A stretch of DNA of 64,000 nucleotides from a virus: positions 34,181 to 98,180 of IMG/VR virus record IMGVR_UViG_3300046683_000929. The stretch is one strand, 5' to 3'. Below, one piece after another: positions 27,542 through 35,850 of this stretch; position 1 is the stretch's first letter; every line of letters begins with the position of its first letter. A program made the translations under genes and the position numbers. The notes below the pieces were generated by a model, which worked only from the letters and a program-made list of their open reading frames with translations, had not been told where the DNA came from and did not search any database.

Positions 27542-29589
27542 TATGATACGGAACCCGTCATGTTAGTTACCGGCGCACAAGTGGCGCCAGCTGTAAATAC
27601 TCCCGAAACATTAGTTGGTGATGTACATGCCGGAGCTGTACATGCTGCCACGATAGCACAGAATTGGGCAGACAGCGTACTATCTCCCGAGATCGCACTC
27701 AGTATTATTTTTGCAATGTCAGGGAAATAAAACCGCGCACAAGAATCATTCTTTAGCCCAAACAGCCCATCGGTAGATATTACCGTAGCCGTGGATGGCA
27801 AAAATGAACTCTTATACATTTCGCAACCAACTACCACAGATGTTATCTTGTTAAACAAAGCACATTGCTGAGCTATGACGGTAGATAGCAAATCGGAAAC
27901 TGGAACGGTCGGATCAATAGCTGTCGTAACCACAGCACCGGTAGAATCAAATGAGCAGATGTTTTTCCCAGATAATCCAAACAAAACCTGAGTCGCATCA
28001 AGCGCACATATATAGTCCATTATCTGTGTAAGAATGCCAGACAAAGTGATACACGCTCTGTTAAATTGCCTGGTAACATATCCAGATCCAATTTGCAAGA
28101 CAAGATCCGTTATTACATTTGGATTTGCATTACTTACTATACTCACAGAAGTAGAGTCCGCATCCAGGTTAACTGTAAAAGTTCCCAAAGATAGGCCATT
28201 GAGCCATGCTGAAATACCGGCTGCATTTGTCAACAGCAGGGTTGACGGCGCGGCATAAACCGTGCCTGCAATTTTTATCGATGTTACGATTTTTCCTGCA
28301 GGTATCTGTTCTACTAAAAGGTAATCACAATTTGTTATCGTAACAATACAATTGCTTGTTATACCGCTTAAATCCACGCCAGAGCCAACAGACCCAATTA
28401 TTAGCTTTAATAATGCTGTTAGCTCTTCGCTATCCTGTATTTGCGTAAGCATAGTTAATGCCAACGCGGCATAATCAAATCCTATACTATAAATAGTCCC
28501 GTATTGAGAATCTACCCTTGTGATCGAAAAATTTGTATCATTAATGTCCTGTTTTGTGAATTGGAATATTTTTGATGATATAGTGTATTGCGTAACAGAA
28601 CCAGCCGTAGAGGCCGAGACAGTAACACCACCAGCCTGGACAATAGCAATGCTACTTCCATCACCGCCCGGAGTAATTCGAGTAGGCTCTAATAATATAG
28701 GAATACAATTGCAATCGCAGTCAAGAATTTGCTTTATTTCAGAAACTTCTTTCGATGCATCTTGGCCGAGCTTTTCTTTTACCAAGGCAACATCCAATGG
28801 TATCCCAACCCTATCCAGTTTATCCTTGGCATCAATGCCCCTTTCCGATTTCGGGGCCTTGTCATAAACCTGTTTAGCATCATAAATGCAGCATAACACG
28901 CTGGATAATGACGACTGGCAATCGACAGAAAATTTTAAATTAGTAAAATATTTTATTTCTACAAACACGCTGTCCTCAAGATCGTATCGTGCTGTAGAAA
29001 CGTTTTTAACCAAGTAGTCGCCGGTATATAAAACATCTACAACAAACGGCGTAAACTCAAATGGGACGTCACTGATTGTTCCTTGCGGATAAAACAGATT
29101 GCCAGATTTCGAGAAAGAAGCTGGCTGCTTTGATAGATAATTAAAAGGGGTCTGCTCACCTATTTTAATGGAAGGAGAATAGCAGTTTACGTCAGCATCC
29201 ATTATCCCATTAACATAACCTTTATCAGTCAGGCCGACTGGAGGGCAAATGTTTTTCTGAAGCGGGATACTATAATCATGCCCATCGGAATCGCGAATAA
29301 CGCCTGTTATATTCCACCAGCCAAAAGTATATTGCTGCGATGGTATATCAACATCTAAGGTTAATCCATCGGCAGGCACAATCGCAGGGTTTGTAAAATC
29401 GATATCCAATAACGTAATTCTTACAGGATCGGTTATCTTGAAACAAACGCCCTGGACATTCGTTAATCCACTTCCAATGAAAGTGGTTAAACCGGTTAGG
29501 TCAAAGGATATTTTTTTATCATAAAGCTTAAACACGGTAGTAAACCCAAAGGTTCCTATATTCGAGCTATTAATGTTTATTGGATTCAT
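27541..29589 (-). CDS. Cys-rich structural protein, possible fibre base
   Basis: 682 aa, T/S-rich with many Cys (CC, CDCNC). Confidence 0.5.
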   Translation of the reverse strand: MNPININSSNIGTFGFTTVFKLYDKKISFDLTGLTTFIGSGLTNVQGVCFKITDPVRITLLDIDFTNPAIVPADGLTLDVDIPSQQYTFGWWNITGVIRDSDGHDYSIPLQKNICPPVGLTDKGYVNGIMDADVNCYSPSIKIGEQTPFNYLSKQPASFSKSGNLFYPQGTISDVPFEFTPFVVDVLYTGDYLVKNVSTARYDLEDSVFVEIKYFTNLKFSVDCQSSLSSVLCCIYDAKQVYDKAPKSERGIDAKDKLDRVGIPLDVALVKEKLGQDASKEVSEIKQILDCDCNCIPILLEPTRITPGGDGSSIAIVQAGGVTVSASTAGSVTQYTISSKIFQFTKQDINDTNFSITRVDSQYGTIYSIGFDYAALALTMLTQIQDSEELTALLKLIIGSVGSGVDLSGITSNCIVTITNCDYLLVEQIPAGKIVTSIKIAGTVYAAPSTLLLTNAAGISAWLNGLSLGTFTVNLDADSTSVSIVSNANPNVITDLVLQIGSGYVTRQFNRACITLSGILTQIMDYICALDATQVLFGLSGKNICSFDSTGAVVTTAIDPTVPVSDLLSTVIAQQCALFNKITSVVVGCEMYKSSFLPSTATVISTDGLFGLKNDSCARFYFPDIAKIILSAISGDSTLSAQFCAIVAACTAPACTSPTNVSGVFTAGATCAPVTNMTGSVS

Positions 29590-29616
29590 CCTGGATAATT
29601 AAAAAAATATTAATTT

Positions 29617-29658
29617 AAAAAAAGGCATTGGTTCCGGAGTTACCCATCATCCAATGCC
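29617..29658 (-). terminator. Intrinsic terminator
   Basis: GGCATTGG...CCAATGCC followed by T7. Confidence 0.6.
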
Positions 29659-29729
29659 CTCTGTTTGGGAGCAAATACTACCCGGCTGTAACGGATAGAT
29701 TCTTTGGCGTAATTTCTCCCATTAAACTC

Positions 29730-29804
29730 TTAACGTCCGCAGCCGCAGCCACCCCCGTTTTCGTCATCGTCGCCGCCATTTCTGAATTGTTTTTTCATGG
29801 CCAT
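29730..29804 (-). CDS. Candidate micropeptide MAMKKQFRNGGDDDENGGGCGCGR
   Basis: Read manually; A-rich start context AAAATAATG; fills the gap between a gene and a terminator. Confidence 0.4.
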   Translation of the reverse strand: MAMKKQFRNGGDDDENGGGCGCGR

Positions 29805-29843
29805 TATTTTAAGGGTTAAAAACCTTTTGTTAAAAACTCTCTA

Positions 29844-30632
29844 TTAAACCCCTTCCCTGTTTACGGTGATGGATATGCCAGTGGTGGTGGTAGTGGTAAG
29901 CAATATCTTGCCGCCCGCTGTCGACCATGTGCCATATGCGCCCAAAACCGCATCCGCAGTTGCTGCAGTTACAACGGCAGCTAAAGAAGCAGCGCCAGTA
30001 ATAGGCCCACCTACAGCATCCCCATCATGGAATACATCCATACCATAGGTCTGCCCGCCAGTTAATGCACCAGGTGCGTTCGATGAATAAACTCGGGCGG
30101 TTTCACCGGTGATGATATCATTGCCTTGTGGGAACGGATCTTTATATGCTGTGAAAACATACGTAGATACACCAGTGCCTGAATTATATCCCGAACGCTG
30201 GAATGTTGCATCAGAAATGATCCACTGTGAATATGCAAGCATGAAATCCTGCATAGCAGTTACCGAACCGTCATCCACCCTGGTAATAGTATATGTGGCC
30301 ACAATGGGATCTACCACTGACGGATAAACACCATCATAAACAGGAGTCACCTCTACCGGGTCGTCGCCGCAGCAGGCGCTCAGTGCCGTTGCAACCGAAT
30401 CCACCGTGCCATCCAATAATATACCTACACCATTTTCAGTAATCCAGGTGCCGGTTAAAGCATCTGATTTCAGAGGATCGACAAAGGTAAGTATCCAATA
30501 ACTGTAGCCATTCGGATAAATCCACGCTTGGCGCGGCTGCCCCGATACCAAATTACTATTAAAAATAGCTGCCGGGCATCCCCCAACGAATTCCTCGTTT
30601 TGGTATAATTTTTGAGCTGATATAAATGACAT
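29844..30632 (-). CDS. Putative capsid auxiliary/decoration protein
   Basis: 262 aa, T/G/A-rich, downstream of the capsid gene. Confidence 0.45.
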   Translation of the reverse strand: MSFISAQKLYQNEEFVGGCPAAIFNSNLVSGQPRQAWIYPNGYSYWILTFVDPLKSDALTGTWITENGVGILLDGTVDSVATALSACCGDDPVEVTPVYDGVYPSVVDPIVATYTITRVDDGSVTAMQDFMLAYSQWIISDATFQRSGYNSGTGVSTYVFTAYKDPFPQGNDIITGETARVYSSNAPGALTGGQTYGMDVFHDGDAVGGPITGAASLAAVVTAATADAVLGAYGTWSTAGGKILLTTTTTTGISITVNREGV

Positions 30633-30649
30633 CGTTTTAGTTTTTTAAA

Positions 30650-31591
30650 TTATTGTAAAAGTTCCAGTTGCTGTTCTGTTATTTCTAACACACGGGTATA
30701 AGCGGGATGGACTTCTGGCTCTAAGATATTGGCAACAAGATATGCAATCTTATCTGTATCTTTAATATCTTTTATTAAAAAATCAGAGGTTGTGCTGTCG
30801 CTTTTATCAAAAATTTCGCCGTCCGGGCCTTCAACTAAAATACGTTGATCAAACAGGGATTTTAACTGTACTTCAAAACGCGCTTTCGCATCGTTCACAA
30901 CAGTCAGGATATTTTTATAATTATCTCCAAGCTTCTCTAAGAGTTCGCTAAAGATAACTTCATCCTGGGCCTGCGGATCAATGTCAAACATTTTGGCAAG
31001 GATCATAAGTATTGCAGAATCGCCTTCTGCAGCAAATACAATATCCTCAGCTTTACGTTTTTCACGCATTCTATCCAACTCGCCTGTATTGATTTTCTTG
31101 GCATCATAGATTTCAAAATGAATCTCCCTGCTATTGGGATCGCGGGAAATATTACTCCCGTTATAAGTATGGTGCTGAAGGAACTCGATAAACATCGGGT
31201 CGGCCCTTGCAACATCAAAATCATTTATTCCAATATCCAGGTTGATATAGGCGTTCATGGTTTCCTCTTCCGGACTTAAATCTACCTTCAATACATTTTT
31301 CTGGTAGTTTTTATCCAACGAAGGTTGGCCCTGAATATATCTGATCGAAACTAAACGACCAGCCTTATCACCCCATTTTAAAAATTTCAATTCGCCGGTT
31401 GGCACCTTTGTTTTTGAATCAACAATTACCTCAGCCCAAACCTTTGAAAAGTTTGGAATCTGAACCGCGCCAACCTGTAATTTAATTTTGGATGTTCTAC
31501 CATCCGGTGCACCCGTTGTTGTGTTAAGATAGCCCTCCTCAGCTTGTGAGGGCTCCTTACCCATTACTTTAATAGTGAAATACTTATTCAT
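30650..31591 (-). CDS. Protein following the major capsid gene (position of crAss gene 75)
   Basis: Gene order; 313 aa with helical C-terminus. Confidence 0.45.
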   Translation of the reverse strand: MNKYFTIKVMGKEPSQAEEGYLNTTTGAPDGRTSKIKLQVGAVQIPNFSKVWAEVIVDSKTKVPTGELKFLKWGDKAGRLVSIRYIQGQPSLDKNYQKNVLKVDLSPEEETMNAYINLDIGINDFDVARADPMFIEFLQHHTYNGSNISRDPNSREIHFEIYDAKKINTGELDRMREKRKAEDIVFAAEGDSAILMILAKMFDIDPQAQDEVIFSELLEKLGDNYKNILTVVNDAKARFEVQLKSLFDQRILVEGPDGEIFDKSDSTTSDFLIKDIKDTDKIAYLVANILEPEVHPAYTRVLEITEQQLELLQ

Positions 31592-31631
31592 ATTAATTTT
31601 TTACCGCTAATTGTATTTGCCCAAACATTAT

Positions 31632-31662
31632 AAAGATAGCGGCCCGGTTAAAGGCCGCTATT
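31632..31662 (-). terminator. Hairpin after capsid gene (weak terminator or mRNA stabiliser)
   Basis: ATAGCGGCC...GGCCGCTAT stem with short U-tract. Confidence 0.55.
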
Positions 31663-31667
31663 GTCAA

Positions 31668-33101
31668 TTAACACCTTGATCTTTTTACAGCACCCCATTT
31701 CTGAACACCATATTGCTCCATGCCATAAGCTGTTTTAACGTATACGTTAAAGTCACGGCAACCGCGTTTACGGGTATCGTCTGTAAAGATTTGGTTTTCT
31801 TTCGCAGACTCGGCAGCTTCAATATTGGTATAATTTACTGGTGCTACATCGTCTCCGTTGGTATCTTTCCAACGGCAAGCTGGCATCATCAATGCATAAG
31901 CTTCTTGGTAAGAACCATAGCGCCTGTCATCAAACACACCGATTTTTTTCGGAGTAAATGTAAATTCGTAAGCGTTAAAGGTTTTGAAGTCATACCAACT
32001 GATATTACGGTCACCTTCTCCACCCAAACCAAATAATTGATAGTTTTTGCCAATTTCAGTTTCTTTGATCAAAGCTGCGATAGCGGCACTCCAATCCATG
32101 CCAAACTCTGCATCATGCAATAACATGTATTCAGTACAGCCACGGATTTTACGCAATGATTTTATCATTGACCAAAGCATGGATTTTAAAGAAGCACCAT
32201 CAGATGGATCATAGAAGCGATTGAACATGCCTTCTGTTTCAGTAGTTGGCACTATCCCATTAAAGCCTGTTTGTGATACATCATCGCGTTGGCCCCATAA
32301 GGTATTGATTATTTTATTGTCCTTTAGGTTAGTCAGCAACTCTGAGGTAACAGGAACAATAGACCACATTTCAATACCTTTGCCAGTTACAGGATCAATA
32401 CCCTTAAACAGTTTGAACTCTTTACCGTAAGCATAACCATCAAGCTCATCTTCACCCAAAGGAATCATATCTTCCCATTTCTGAATCCAGCCCTTACGCA
32501 GGATAGGTGGATTTTTCACGATACCGTGCCCGGTGATACAGTTACGGTCGCCTTTTTTGTACATCTTCAATGGGTCAGAAACCAATGTGTAAGTAGAGAA
32601 CCTGGTAAGATCCAGAACTTCATTATTGATAGGGGTAAGGCCAATAGTATGTGAACCGGCAACTGTTTTAGTGATGCTGGTTATATTAACAACCTGGTTT
32701 AGCTCTTTAATGTAACCGCGATATCCTTTTTTAGGAACAGAGAACTTGCCGTTTTTAGAATAAGAGCTCCTGTCAAGCGACACAGTAACTTCTGCACCGG
32801 CAGCGCCAACAGCAGTGGCTTTTTGCAGTGAGGTAACCAGCGTTGTTGGCTCCTGGTATTCTGTCCAGTAATGCGGGTTGGTTTTAACCATATATTTACC
32901 CGGATTGATCAGCTGCTGCACTTCGGCGAACAAACCTTCAACATCCGAATCTTTATAGGTCATGATGGAGGTCTTCCTGAGCGACGGCTGCAACGCCATT
33001 TGCTTAAGCGGATCGTACCATACCAGTTCAGACTGGCCCTGCATAACGTCATCAATATTGAACGTTCCTGCATCTGTTGTAAATCTTTTTACTAAAGACA
33101 T
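31668..33101 (-). CDS. Major capsid protein
   Basis: 477 aa after an acidic scaffold-like gene and followed by a hairpin; LWGQR...TGFNGIV and C-terminal YVKTAYGME fit HK97-fold crAss-like capsids. Confidence 0.7.
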   Translation of the reverse strand: MSLVKRFTTDAGTFNIDDVMQGQSELVWYDPLKQMALQPSLRKTSIMTYKDSDVEGLFAEVQQLINPGKYMVKTNPHYWTEYQEPTTLVTSLQKATAVGAAGAEVTVSLDRSSYSKNGKFSVPKKGYRGYIKELNQVVNITSITKTVAGSHTIGLTPINNEVLDLTRFSTYTLVSDPLKMYKKGDRNCITGHGIVKNPPILRKGWIQKWEDMIPLGEDELDGYAYGKEFKLFKGIDPVTGKGIEMWSIVPVTSELLTNLKDNKIINTLWGQRDDVSQTGFNGIVPTTETEGMFNRFYDPSDGASLKSMLWSMIKSLRKIRGCTEYMLLHDAEFGMDWSAAIAALIKETEIGKNYQLFGLGGEGDRNISWYDFKTFNAYEFTFTPKKIGVFDDRRYGSYQEAYALMMPACRWKDTNGDDVAPVNYTNIEAAESAKENQIFTDDTRKRGCRDFNVYVKTAYGMEQYGVQKWGAVKRSRC

Positions 33102-33127
33102 TTGTTTAAGTTTTTAATAGTTTTAAA

Positions 33128-34342
33128 TTAAACCGAAGCGAATGATTGAGCTATCTTTTGGTTATCGGCATCGGAAATTTCAACTGACTTACTTTGTAGT
33201 ATGGTTTTACTTGGTTCGGTAAAACGCTGTTGACTACCTTGGGCCCCTATTTTTTTTCCGGCATCCTTACCAACGCTATATGCTGTCCTTTCGACATCTT
33301 TGTAATGACGATATACCAACTCTTTTTCAGCCGCTCTTGCAATCCGCTCCCTTTGTTCGGGGGTGCCATTACCTTTAACAAACTCTGAAAACTCCTTAGT
33401 ACCTATTTCATCAATCAAAGATTTCTCAATTGCTTTCTTGTCGGCTTTAGTAAGGTCGAAAGTAACCTTCTCTTCGCCTTCGCCAAACTCCCATTTATCC
33501 GGAATGGCCTTCTGTAGCACATCCTTCATCATGGCCTCGAAACCAGGGATAGCTTGGCGTTCTTTTACATCCTGGTCGAACTCGGCCTTAATGTCATCAT
33601 ACTTCTGTTGAAGTGGCCCCTTAATCGCATCGGCGCGAACCTTAATGTTTTTTTCGCCAAGGTCCTTAAGTGCTTTGGTTTCCGAATCAAGGTGATACAG
33701 TTCATTGAACTTATCTTTTATTTCTTCGCTGGTAACCGGGTCGGGGTTGCCGTCAATCTGGCGATCCTTATTTAATTCCTTGTATGAGGCCTCAAAATCT
33801 TTAAACACCAGATCATTGTCTGGCATCTTCATCATATTATGGTATCCTAACCAATCATTATTGGTGAATACTTTTTGCTCAATGGCAAATTTGGCCAGGT
33901 TTGCATTATATACTTCTGCTTTTTGGGCGCGTTGTTCTTCGCTTTCCGGGGCAGCTGGATTCAACTTGGCTTTTAACTCTTCTTCAGAGCTAACACCTAA
34001 ATCCTTTAGAAACTGCTGCCTCATTTCCTGCTTCATCGTTTCTGTTGCAGTAAGCTGGTCGGCTTTCGTTTTTTCGTCTGCTTCCAGCGTGGCTATTTCT
34101 TCAGGACTTTTGCCTGGGTATTTAGCTAAAAGTGCATCGGCGGCAACTTTTTCCGCATCGATTTGTTCTTGTGTTTTCTCGCCGGCTTTAGTAAGCTCTG
34201 CTTCTGCGGCAATTTCATCAGCAGTCTTTTCAACAGCACCATCGCCTTCCGGCACTTTGGTCCTTTCATCTACTATGATTTCTGCTCCAGTGGGCTCAGT
34301 TACAGCCTTCCCCACTTCTTCAAGTCCTTCTCCAAATATCAT
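33128..34342 (-). CDS. Putative scaffolding protein
   Basis: 404 aa, acidic E/K/A-rich and helical, directly upstream of capsid gene. Confidence 0.6.
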   Translation of the reverse strand: MIFGEGLEEVGKAVTEPTGAEIIVDERTKVPEGDGAVEKTADEIAAEAELTKAGEKTQEQIDAEKVAADALLAKYPGKSPEEIATLEADEKTKADQLTATETMKQEMRQQFLKDLGVSSEEELKAKLNPAAPESEEQRAQKAEVYNANLAKFAIEQKVFTNNDWLGYHNMMKMPDNDLVFKDFEASYKELNKDRQIDGNPDPVTSEEIKDKFNELYHLDSETKALKDLGEKNIKVRADAIKGPLQQKYDDIKAEFDQDVKERQAIPGFEAMMKDVLQKAIPDKWEFGEGEEKVTFDLTKADKKAIEKSLIDEIGTKEFSEFVKGNGTPEQRERIARAAEKELVYRHYKDVERTAYSVGKDAGKKIGAQGSQQRFTEPSKTILQSKSVEISDADNQKIAQSFASV

Positions 34343-34372
34343 GTTGTCTCCCGTTAATAAAATATTTTAGAC

Positions 34373-34380
34373 CAAATCTA
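34373..34380 (-). promoter_or_regulatory. -7 promoter element for the scaffold/capsid operon
   Basis: TAGATTTG in the divergent intergenic gap, with a TAAAATATTTTA copy immediately downstream. Confidence 0.55.
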
Positions 34381-34442
34381 TCTTTAATTTGCTGTTGTGA
34401 TATATAGCTTGTATATTTATTACACTAATTCCAGTGTAATAA

Positions 34443-34721
34443 ATGTCCAACAAGAACAATCCTGTATTAAAAACCGTTCACGGAGTTAAAATAAGGAGAT
34501 ATAACTACCCCCAAGTCATGTTCAATGAAGAGGCTTTCGAAAAGCTTATAGAGCAATCGCATGACACAGGACTTAGCATCCCGAAAATAATTGCGCACAA
34601 ATCATTGCCTTGCCAAAAATGCGGCTGCGACAATATTACTATTGTCCTTGAAAAGGATGGAAAAATCAACAAACAAGATACTGGCACTAACATCATAGAA
34701 AAAAATGCGCAAAGACACTAA
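34443..34721 (+). CDS. Small hypothetical protein, possibly DNA-binding (CxxC)
   Basis: 92 aa; one of only two convincing plus-strand genes. Confidence 0.55.
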   Translation: MSNKNNPVLKTVHGVKIRRYNYPQVMFNEEAFEKLIEQSHDTGLSIPKIIAHKSLPCQKCGCDNITIVLEKDGKINKQDTGTNIIEKNAQRH

Positions 34722-35424
34722 AGTTTTAGAAAAAGTAATGGTGCTTAAGCGTGACCTCGACGCTGACTGGACGGAAGAATTAAAAGGCTTAAATATCTGG
34801 ATTGATCTTGAGGGGTTCTATAAATACATTATGTATGACCGGAAAACCAATCGCCGGGTAGCCAATACTATATTTACCTACATCGTTTTAAACTACGACG
34901 CCTCTTCTGATTTTTTAGAGCCAAGCCGGGATCGAACAGTTACGACCAGAAAGGTTATGGTGATGCTCGCAGGCCAGGACTCTTTAAAAACTGAGATATA
35001 TCTTGAAGCATTATTGGGCGATGACCTTGAAACCGAGAATGGGAAAATTAAAGGCCCTATCAACAAAGTAAAAGGCTGGTATATTGACAGACAGAAAGAC
35101 TGGCGTTTTAGCGACGTGGTAAGCGGGTATGAATTCCATGCCAAAGCAACAATGCTACTTCGCGAGGCCGACTCGTCTGAAAAGATGAAGGAGGCTGCCC
35201 AAGTAATGGAAATGGGCAACAAGTTGCGTTTAAACGCCGATAAGCTCTTGCTTGAAATCCAAAAGGAATATTCCGACCTTGATAAGGTATTGGATGATGA
35301 AGGAACTACCCCATTAACAGACCGCCTGGAACAAGATCATTTGAGCTTTGAACTTTCCATACTCAAAAGAAACAACCAGGCAAAACGAGCCCTGGAATTA
35401 TCCAAGGCTCAATCAGCAAATTAA
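34705..35424 (+). CDS. Hypothetical helical protein; candidate small terminase or packaging accessory
   Basis: 239 aa fills a gap lacking a long minus-strand gene; function inferred from position only. Confidence 0.55.
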   Translation: MRKDTKVLEKVMVLKRDLDADWTEELKGLNIWIDLEGFYKYIMYDRKTNRRVANTIFTYIVLNYDASSDFLEPSRDRTVTTRKVMVMLAGQDSLKTEIYLEALLGDDLETENGKIKGPINKVKGWYIDRQKDWRFSDVVSGYEFHAKATMLLREADSSEKMKEAAQVMEMGNKLRLNADKLLLEIQKEYSDLDKVLDDEGTTPLTDRLEQDHLSFELSILKRNNQAKRALELSKAQSAN

Positions 35425-35840
35425 GATTTTAATTCGAAATGAGGAAAGTCAATTATCGTCCTCCAGTCACCACCCCAGGTGATGGGAATGCCTAATTTAG
35501 ATCCGGTTTCCTTTATGTGGGCGGCGATAATTTTCAGATCCTTTTCATCATCATATTTTACTTGTCCATTTACAAATGGGTATAAATCTACGGCATGCCC
35601 ATAGCCATCCGCTTTAACCTGGTGGTTTGATTTGTTTCTTACCCCGTCGGCGTTCGTAATAATCGGCCCTTTTTTAGTCCTGCCAGAGGCATAGTATTTT
35701 TGTTGCGTCGCCAACGACCTTACTCCTTCGTTGATCGTGAAATCAATAGGGCTATCAACTATAGCCGCAGTTAATACTTTAACCAGATTTGGATGAACAC
35801 CTGCCAGTGCTAATTTACTTTTTGATCCAAATGAATACAT
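35421..35840 (-). CDS. Endolysin, M15 family L-Ala-D-Glu peptidase
   Basis: EGVRS, SNH, HAVD, WGGDW, DFPHFEL motifs. Confidence 0.9.
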   Translation of the reverse strand: MYSFGSKSKLALAGVHPNLVKVLTAAIVDSPIDFTINEGVRSLATQQKYYASGRTKKGPIITNADGVRNKSNHQVKADGYGHAVDLYPFVNGQVKYDDEKDLKIIAAHIKETGSKLGIPITWGGDWRTIIDFPHFELKS

Positions 35841-35850
35841 AGCTTTTTAT

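Noticed and set aside
33705-34370. 221-aa plus-strand ORF and the many other short plus-strand ORFs
   Set aside because: Antisense shadows of long minus-strand genes, with Ser/Phe/Leu-rich composition typical of reverse frames
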